Positions 57,695 through 64,000 of a stretch of DNA of 64,000 nt are shown one piece after another. The stretch is from positions 160,001 through 224,000 of the forward strand of contig JBDRRF010000079.1 of assembly GCA_043825875.1 (NCBI GenBank). Direction: 5' to 3'. A program made the translations under genes and the position numbers. The notes under the pieces were generated by a model, which saw only the letters and a list, made by a program, of their open reading frames with translations, made no database searches and had not been told where the DNA came from. Source of the stretch: Pseudomonadota bacterium (lineage in GTDB: Bacteria > Desulfobacterota > Desulfobacteria > Desulfobacterales > RPRI01). Numbering within the stretch: the first letter of the stretch is position 1; each line of letters starts with the position of its first letter.

Positions 57695-58744
57695 TTATGA
57701 TTGATTCGCCTGTCCTTTTTTTCTTAGGATTCCTTCCATTGTCTTGATTATCTCCTTAGAAGGTACATTGTGCTCTCCAAGGATCAGTAGTGCAAAGTTA
57801 TCGGCAAGTATCTCTTCTGGATGTATGATGTATTCAGTATTTCTGCCAATCTGTTCAAAGAACCCTGAAATCTGCTGAACACCTGCCAGTCTGGGTCTTC
57901 GACCATCATATGATGCTCTTACATTGGGAGCTTTGTTTTGTCGTTCTACCAAAAGAAATTGGAATTGAAGATATTCAAAAAACTCTCCCCCACGTGCAGT
58001 GTTGTACTTCTGGGCGACCGAGAAGAGGATTGGAATAGCCCAACTGTCTTTTCCGCGAATTTTGATGAAAATACAGTGGTCATTAATAGGAGCATCAGGA
58101 TTAGTGATTTTTAGTTGTTTCAATTCTGCCGGAAATTCTACTTCATCACACTTCACAAATCCGATAACTGCGTATAGCTTCTCCCGCAACTTATGATTTG
58201 CACGAGAAAGTATGTGGAAAAGCTCATGGTAGATAGTTTTTCGAATCTTTACTACAGAGGTTAAGATTTCAGCTTTCGGAAGGATTATAGCATTAGCTCG
58301 TGTGTATGGAGCTCTACCTTCTTCGTTTCCGGTCGTCTTGATCAAAAAAACCTTCTTTGGAAACGGCAAAGAGAATGGTTCAAGTTTTTTCTGAATGCCC
58401 TTCAATGCATTAGTTACCTTTTGTTTTTCGGAATTGTTCCATTCAAGAACATTTTTGCCGACAAACTCCAGGTACTCCTTTTCGGAAACACGTTTGTCAG
58501 TTTTCATCCGAGCAGCCCGGTCGAATGGACTCAAACGTTGGATAAAATCATCACGACTCGTTAGGATCTTTCTGGCCTCATTAACTGTTGCAAAATAAAA
58601 GGTCGTACCATCTCGAAGACTTATCTGGGCTTCACACAACTGAGCCGCCAGAACAAAAACAAAGAATATAAATATTGATAACCTTTTCATAACCATCTCC
58701 TTGCAAAATGAGAAATTGTAGCCACAAGATTTAAGGCACAGCAC
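57695..58744 (-). CDS. Secreted hypothetical protein with HExxH (putative metallopeptidase); probable start ATG 58690 or 58696
   Basis: HELFHILSR, ITNPDAP, NTEYIIHPEEILADNF; signal peptide. Confidence 0.7.
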   Translation of the reverse strand: MLCLKSCGYNFSFCKEMVMKRLSIFIFFVFVLAAQLCEAQISLRDGTTFYFATVNEARKILTSRDDFIQRLSPFDRAARMKTDKRVSEKEYLEFVGKNVLEWNNSEKQKVTNALKGIQKKLEPFSLPFPKKVFLIKTTGNEEGRAPYTRANAIILPKAEILTSVVKIRKTIYHELFHILSRANHKLREKLYAVIGFVKCDEVEFPAELKQLKITNPDAPINDHCIFIKIRGKDSWAIPILFSVAQKYNTARGGEFFEYLQFQFLLVERQNKAPNVRASYDGRRPRLAGVQQISGFFEQIGRNTEYIIHPEEILADNFALLILGEHNVPSKEIIKTMEGILRKKGQANQS

Positions 58745-58749
58745 TTGGG

Positions 58750-59241
58750 CTATTTATGCTGGGATGATTTTGCGCCACTTTTTTCAAGTATCGAATAAAT
58801 TTTATCTGCTACTGATTTGGTTTTTGAACCTTCAAGGACAAGGAAACAAACATTCTTATCATAAACCTGAAGAGATATTCCTGTAATTGGCTGCGTATGT
58901 ATTTGCGCCATTGAATCTTTATCATGCAAATCGATATAAAGCCAAATCCCGTCCGGGTCAGGGTTTGGAACTCCGGATATCCACCCGGCAGAATGTTTTG
59001 AATCGTGGGTATGGTAGCTATAGTCCACTCTTAAATTTTCAATGTCTGTATGCTTGTCAATTGAGAATTCTTTAAGTTGTGGATATACTTCCTTCAAATT
59101 TGAAATTTCTTCAGAAACTTTTTTTATAAATTCTTTATATTTCGCTGTATCCGCCAAGCTGCTCTCCTTATATATAAAAATAAGAGCCAAAAGAAGTATA
59201 TAAAATAGTATTCGACTATATGGATTGTGACATAACTTCAT
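58750..59241 (-). CDS. Secreted hypothetical protein
   Basis: 163-aa ORF with signal peptide, co-oriented with neighbours. Confidence 0.65.
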   Translation of the reverse strand: MKLCHNPYSRILFYILLLALIFIYKESSLADTAKYKEFIKKVSEEISNLKEVYPQLKEFSIDKHTDIENLRVDYSYHTHDSKHSAGWISGVPNPDPDGIWLYIDLHDKDSMAQIHTQPITGISLQVYDKNVCFLVLEGSKTKSVADKIYSILEKSGAKSSQHK

Positions 59242-59311
59242 AATTTTTATTCCGGTAATATCGCCAGCTGTTCAAGGGTAAAAAAGATCAATATGTCTAC
59301 TTAATGCGCTA

Positions 59312-59686
59312 TTAATGATAAAGAGGAATTATAATAACTATATACATTAATACCGCAATTAAAACACAAAATAAAATATTTTCTAAATTTTCTACTAAAT
59401 TTCTTTTTTCCCCGGATTCAAATACATCTGAAGGAAGACCTCTTTTGTCTACATACTCTTTTATCATTTCTATAGCTTCTGAAGTATATTGATTTGGAAC
59501 ATAAAAGTTATACCAATTATTAATTCTATAAGATGGACCAATACGAGAATCTGCTATATTAGTCTCTTTCTTCGAATAATAAAACGGTATATTTCTTTCT
59601 TCGAATTTTGCGAATAACACATCATATCCGGACAATTCAAAAGTTCTATGTACACATATAAATGTAAGGCTATCGTTATTATCCAT
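59312..59686 (-). CDS. Hypothetical protein (DUF2007-like N-terminus, C-terminal TM)
   Basis: FEERNIPFY...FYVP...EAIEMI pattern; very AT-rich. Confidence 0.55.
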   Translation of the reverse strand: MDNNDSLTFICVHRTFELSGYDVLFAKFEERNIPFYYSKKETNIADSRIGPSYRINNWYNFYVPNQYTSEAIEMIKEYVDKRGLPSDVFESGEKRNLVENLENILFCVLIAVLMYIVIIIPLYH

Positions 59687-59829
59687 AAATCACAAAGCAA
59701 ATACTAGTTATATTGCTCCAAACAGGTGCAAACCCTACCCCCAGGAAAAGTCCAAAGCAAGCTTGACTTTATTAGTTTTTCAATATTTTTACGATTACTA
59801 TTTTACATAATTTGCATGGCCAGTTGAAA

Positions 59830-60162
59830 TCAATCAATATATTTTCCAATCACACTATGATTTATCTTAATTTCATGAATAAGGCGGTCATAATGTCGCA
59901 TCCGGATTATGGAACGTACAATCAGATAAGCACCAAAAACAATCAGAGCAAGACTAAATGCACCTAATGGAACAAGCAGATATAATACATTAAGGACATC
60001 ATAATATCTTGAAGTAGCTATCAGAAAGCTAACCACAGACAATGGTAAAGCCAATACTGCTATACCTGTTCGCAATACGGATAATGACGTACGCTTTTCC
60101 GCCAAGACAAGCTGCGCCTCATTAATTGCTATTGAATCAATTTCTGGTTTCTCGTCGCTCAA
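59830..60162 (-). CDS. DUF202 (YidH-like) membrane protein
   Basis: LAEKRTSLSVLRTGIA motif and TM helices. Confidence 0.8.
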   Translation of the reverse strand: MSDEKPEIDSIAINEAQLVLAEKRTSLSVLRTGIAVLALPLSVVSFLIATSRYYDVLNVLYLLVPLGAFSLALIVFGAYLIVRSIIRMRHYDRLIHEIKINHSVIGKYID

Positions 60163-60191
60163 ATTTTATACCTTTTTTTATAGATAATTTT

Positions 60192-61142
60192 TTACGCCTT
60201 CATTTCTTCAATGCCTTCATAAATACGCCGATGTTTTAGCTCTGGCAACAATTCACTCCTAAACCGGGAGGTTTCTCCATAATAAGATACACGCCCTATG
60301 TCTATGAAGTCCTTGGTCAATGGACTTTTAGTTCCAAAGACTCTTGACACAAACTCAAATGTTTCAGCAGCAAAATATATGAGACATAAGGGCATTCGCC
60401 ATGGTTTACTGCATCCCCATAAATCGCATGCAAAATCGAGAAATGACTGTAAGGTATCATTACCTTCATCACCGACATGGTAAACACCAATTGCATTTTC
60501 TTTCCTGATTGCGGCCACAACTGCTCTGCAAAAGTCAGTCTTAGAAATCAAATGTATTTCGGTTGGTTCCTTCCAAACACCAAGCAGATATCTTTTTGCA
60601 AACCATTTTGCAGCATCTATCATCAGAATACCTTTGCCATAAACCATTCCTACCCTAAGCGATACCGAGTTTTCGATTTCATTGAAAAGATATTTTTCTT
60701 CCTCAAGTCTTGTCTTGGCATGGACAGATACCGGTTTGCCGGCCAAGCTGCCCGTAGCAGGCACCTTTCTTGAGGTTGGCCCCTCAACATGTGGAAAACT
60801 GATCAATATCATTTTACTTATATTTTTTTCTTTAGCAACCCCAATAAGATTTTTGAAATACTGAATGTTTGTTTCGTGAAGGAATTTTTCCGGATCAGCC
60901 TTAAACAGTACTCCTGCGAAATGAACTATTGTGTTAACACCATCCAGACATTCATACAATGTTTCAGGTTTTGAAAGGTCCGCGCTTCTTACTTTGATCC
61001 TTGGATTTTCTCTAAGATCATAAGGTACTTCTTTTCGGTGCTGCATGAGAATCAAGTTCAGATCTTTTTCATTATCTCTAATATGCCTGGACAGCAAGCT
61101 ACCAAGATTTCCTGCCGCTCCCGTAATCAGAATATTTTTCAT
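60192..61142 (-). CDS. NAD-dependent epimerase/dehydratase family protein
   Basis: ILITGAAGNLG, IVHFAGVLF, HAKTR in place of YxxxK. Confidence 0.85.
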   Translation of the reverse strand: MKNILITGAAGNLGSLLSRHIRDNEKDLNLILMQHRKEVPYDLRENPRIKVRSADLSKPETLYECLDGVNTIVHFAGVLFKADPEKFLHETNIQYFKNLIGVAKEKNISKMILISFPHVEGPTSRKVPATGSLAGKPVSVHAKTRLEEEKYLFNEIENSVSLRVGMVYGKGILMIDAAKWFAKRYLLGVWKEPTEIHLISKTDFCRAVVAAIRKENAIGVYHVGDEGNDTLQSFLDFACDLWGCSKPWRMPLCLIYFAAETFEFVSRVFGTKSPLTKDFIDIGRVSYYGETSRFRSELLPELKHRRIYEGIEEMKA

Positions 61143-61371
61143 TTTATCCTTAAAGTATTACGCTTTGCTCACCGGACAATTAGAAGAGTAAAAAGTATTT
61201 TTCCGAGTAGTAATCTGCTATGGTTAATTTGTGTCGCATGCAAGCTTAATAATTATATCGGCACAATGATAGTATCTGGGGTCGAATCATAAATATTAAC
61301 TATCAGATTTGAGTAATTAATAATTAAGATGTGAACCCATTTAGTTCTCTATTTAGTTCTGTACTATTCCC

Positions 61372-62085
61372 TTACCATATGCCAGGTAGAAGCCTGTAGC
61401 GGGTATCTTCGGCATATGCCTTATAACCTTCCAATTCTTTGTGGAGGGTGCGATCCTCAAGAGCGGTTCTAATAGTGAACAATAGCATCAAAGCACCGGC
61501 AGGAAAAAATGTCCACCAGGAACCCAGGATCAAGGGCATTGCTGCTAAGAATATGATGTAGGATGCGTATCCGGGATGTCGAACGATACTGTATGGTCCC
61601 GTTGTAACAACTTGATGTTCACGATCATTTTGTATGCGTACGAATTGTTCGAAATGTGCATTTGTGATCATAGCCCATGTACCGAATGGCCACGTTAGAG
61701 CCAAGAGACCAAACCCGATATAAAGCGTAGCAAGAGACATGCCAGACCATCCAAAGCGCCAGTCCAGACCTGCGACAACAGGCGCAATCAGCTCCTGGAT
61801 AACCATCCAGCATAATGTGAACAGTTTATCAAATGTCTTTACACCGCTATGCGAAGTTCCACGATGATTGAGCGTTTCCGGGACTCGTTGAGCGAGTATA
61901 ACAAGCATAATGATTTCCAAAACTAATGTGGAAATGATCCAGATCCAACCCCGTACCCAATGAACGGTACCAGCTGCAACAAAGAGAATCACCGCATACA
62001 CAAGGATAAGACTTATACGATGAATGGCATACCAGTAGCCATGTTTATCAATTTTTGTACCCATATTTCTCCCTTCTACATTCAC
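61372..62085 (-). CDS. Isoprenylcysteine carboxyl methyltransferase / PEMT family membrane protein
   Basis: VRIQ...HQVVTTGPYSIVRHPGY, RTALEDRTL, YRLLPGIW. Confidence 0.9.
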   Translation of the reverse strand: MNVEGRNMGTKIDKHGYWYAIHRISLILVYAVILFVAAGTVHWVRGWIWIISTLVLEIIMLVILAQRVPETLNHRGTSHSGVKTFDKLFTLCWMVIQELIAPVVAGLDWRFGWSGMSLATLYIGFGLLALTWPFGTWAMITNAHFEQFVRIQNDREHQVVTTGPYSIVRHPGYASYIIFLAAMPLILGSWWTFFPAGALMLLFTIRTALEDRTLHKELEGYKAYAEDTRYRLLPGIW

Positions 62086-62283
62086 TTAGCTTGGTGCTAT
62101 CTTTATCGTCCAACCCACAAACCCCGCAGTCAGCACAATCCATGGTGATAATGTTATAATTTTTATAAAAGATTAATGTTTTTTAACCTGTTGTAAAATA
62201 TCAAATTTTTCAAAGAAATCAATAGAGACTTTTACAATAAGATTAAGGAAGTCTAATTCTTTTGTTTATATAGTAATATAATA

Positions 62284-62319
62284 CTAAGAAAGACATCTGA
62301 TAGAAACTACCTAACCAAA
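62284..62319 (+). repeat. Direct repeat, copy 1 (flanks the DUF3524 gene)
   Basis: ctaagaaagacatctgatagaaacta; 25/26 identical to the copy at 63544. Confidence 0.85.
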
Positions 62320-62371
62320 TAGCGGCCCCGATATCCCCCTTGCGTAGCTTTTCTTTTTGAGACGCGTATTC

Positions 62372-63484
62372 CTATACAGCACTTAAGACCATATCATACT
62401 CAGGTGCCATGTTCAGCCAGGAATACTGTTCAATACAATGGCGGAAATTCTGCTGTCGGATCGTCTCGATCTCCCGCAAGGACCATGCAAGTTTTTCAAC
62501 GAGTTCCTGAAAATCATCGTAAAAGAGTTCAGGATACTCTTCATAAGGAACAAGCTCCGGATAAGTAAGACGCTTTGGCAATAAGGGATAACAACCACAA
62601 TAGAGGGCTTCAACAAGACTCGCTCCGAAAAAATCGTGGTGGGATGTCACCGGTACGATGTCGGCGCGATAAAGCCACTGTGCGTATTCCAAAAATTCCT
62701 CAGCATACCCATAGTGAACAACCTTGTTTCCCAACTTCATGCGAGCCGTCTCAAAAATAGGGCAGTTTTGGCGGAAACTTTCTCCAAGAATTGCAACACG
62801 AAAATCCAGACCTTGCTCGTTCAGCACAAAGAGGGCCTGGAAGAATTCATCAGGATTTTTATCGTATTCCCAACGATGGTTCCAAAGAATCAGTGGAGCG
62901 TGATCGTGATGTTCTTTACTCTGTTGTTGCAGCTCAGGATTCTGAAATTTCTGAAAATCTACTCCGAGAGGTAACACCCTGCTTTTGTCTCGAATGGTTG
63001 CTACTGTTCCCAACTCGTTGCAATCGGGGAATTGTTTCAGGAAGCGGGGTAATTCGTCAAAAAAGCTTGTGTAATGATACTGTGAGTTGAACAACACCGC
63101 ATCTGCCGCAAGCGCAGAGCTATAATTGATAAATCCATAATGTTGATCTCGCTTCTGTAGAATATCTCTATCCGTAGGCAGCCTGGGATAACATATTTGG
63201 CTTTCGTGGAAATAGATCGCAGCAGGAATCGCAGAGGTCTTGTCGCGAGTCAAGGCCAGAAAGGTTGTCAAATCGAGCATATCAGAGACAAGAAACATAT
63301 CCGGCATCGCACCGGACTCCAAATATTTTTTTGCCAGAGTAACTGCGCCGCCATGCATACGCCACTTCCAATGATTCCCACTGAGACGCAGAATGTCAAT
63401 ATTGTGTTCGCTATAATGAGCGTATGCTGTTGCCCACGCTGCATGCGAACCGGTAAAAAAAGGTTCAATTAGTGTAACATTCAT
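62372..63484 (-). CDS. DUF3524 + GT-B glycosyltransferase (GTDC1/QTMAN-like)
   Basis: EPFFTGSH, WKWRM, YFHESQ, FNSQYH, WNHRWEYDKNP, HDFFG. Confidence 0.88.
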   Translation of the reverse strand: MNVTLIEPFFTGSHAAWATAYAHYSEHNIDILRLSGNHWKWRMHGGAVTLAKKYLESGAMPDMFLVSDMLDLTTFLALTRDKTSAIPAAIYFHESQICYPRLPTDRDILQKRDQHYGFINYSSALAADAVLFNSQYHYTSFFDELPRFLKQFPDCNELGTVATIRDKSRVLPLGVDFQKFQNPELQQQSKEHHDHAPLILWNHRWEYDKNPDEFFQALFVLNEQGLDFRVAILGESFRQNCPIFETARMKLGNKVVHYGYAEEFLEYAQWLYRADIVPVTSHHDFFGASLVEALYCGCYPLLPKRLTYPELVPYEEYPELFYDDFQELVEKLAWSLREIETIRQQNFRHCIEQYSWLNMAPEYDMVLSAV

Positions 63485-63543
63485 TACGATTCTGTACTAT
63501 CCTATTGGTCTGTTGATAATTCTGTATGTCCATAGATAATGGG

Positions 63544-63579
63544 CTAAGAAAGACATCTGATAAAAACTATATAACTAAA
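63544..63579 (+). repeat. Direct repeat, copy 2 (flanks the DUF3524 gene)
   Basis: ctaagaaagacatctgataaaaacta. Confidence 0.85.
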
Positions 63580-63610
63580 GGTCGTGAAATCCCCCCAGGT
63601 GATACCTGTA

Positions 63611-64000
63611 TTATTTTACTTTTCCATTCACTGCCTCTATGGTCACAAACATTTCATCTGTTAATTCGCCATCCGTAACTTTAAATAAGAATCGAAATAA
63701 GCCGGCAGAACCCGGTTTCCATGAAAAAGATCCACTTAGGGAATCAAATGAAACATCTGAAGGAACAGATGATCCATCTGCCATATCAATTGAATAGGTT
63801 AATTCATCTCCATCATCATCTGTGGCTTCAACAGTAAAGGCCACTAAAGTTTTCTTTTTTACGGTAATGTCTTGCCTTTGTGTAAAAACTGGCGCTGAGT
63901 TTGGAATAATTGGTGTTAACAGTAGTCCTTTTCTTGAACCATCATCCAAATCTATGTATCCTGTTATCCAGCCGGATTCATTTATGTCTCCAATATATGT
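63611..64000 (-). CDS. C-terminal part of an extracellular protein (HAF-like repeat + Ig/cadherin-like domain); truncated by the window edge
   Basis: Frame stays open to 64000: DINESGWITG...GLLLTP, then NSAPVF...ATDDDGDELTY...SGSFSWKP...VTDG. Confidence 0.75.
   Translation of the reverse strand, partial: TYIGDINESGWITGYIDLDDGSRKGLLLTPIIPNSAPVFTQRQDITVKKKTLVAFTVEATDDDGDELTYSIDMADGSSVPSDVSFDSLSGSFSWKPGSAGLFRFLFKVTDGELTDEMFVTIEAVNGKVK

Overview
AT-rich chromosomal window from an anaerobic sulfate-reducing deltaproteobacterium, probably Desulfobacterales (inferred from qrcABCD, cooS, comEC and murA). From left to right: (1) an accessory block at 0.2-6.3 kb with a hemerythrin-GGDEF gene bracketed by eroded attC-like sites, a group II intron 3' remnant, a frameshifted LigB/DODA dioxygenase, a permuted papain-like hydrolase and an OYE flavoenzyme; (2) the qrcABCD respiratory operon plus an unannotated 50-aa membrane ORF, then murA; (3) a ~10-kb defence island (Fic, ORF6N, type I R-M hsdRMS, Schlafen/AlbA_2-HATPase, RhuM); (4) comEC, TIGR02757 and DUF2892; (5) a three-gene secreted FlgT/CsgG-like operon; (6) a sigma54-type TonB receptor-YfiR-hybrid kinase operon; (7) a stand-alone CO dehydrogenase cooS near a nickel uptake/maturation cluster (TonB receptor, DUF4198, NikL-like, CooT, DUF3842), where both transcription units are preceded by the same covarying RNA hairpin; (8) a four-gene class I benzoyl-CoA-reductase-like/2-hydroxyacyl-CoA dehydratase cluster with an epimerase, TetR and relics of a glycyl-radical enzyme and an SDR; (9) a co-oriented run of unrelated small genes with attC-like remnants, an ankyrin protein and a DUF3524/GTDC1-like glycosyltransferase between direct repeats. 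Four full copies of a 142-bp MITE and other small repeat families are scattered in intergenic regions. No rRNA, tRNA, CRISPR array, intact transposase or integrase was seen. All family calls come from motif recognition by eye, not from database searches.
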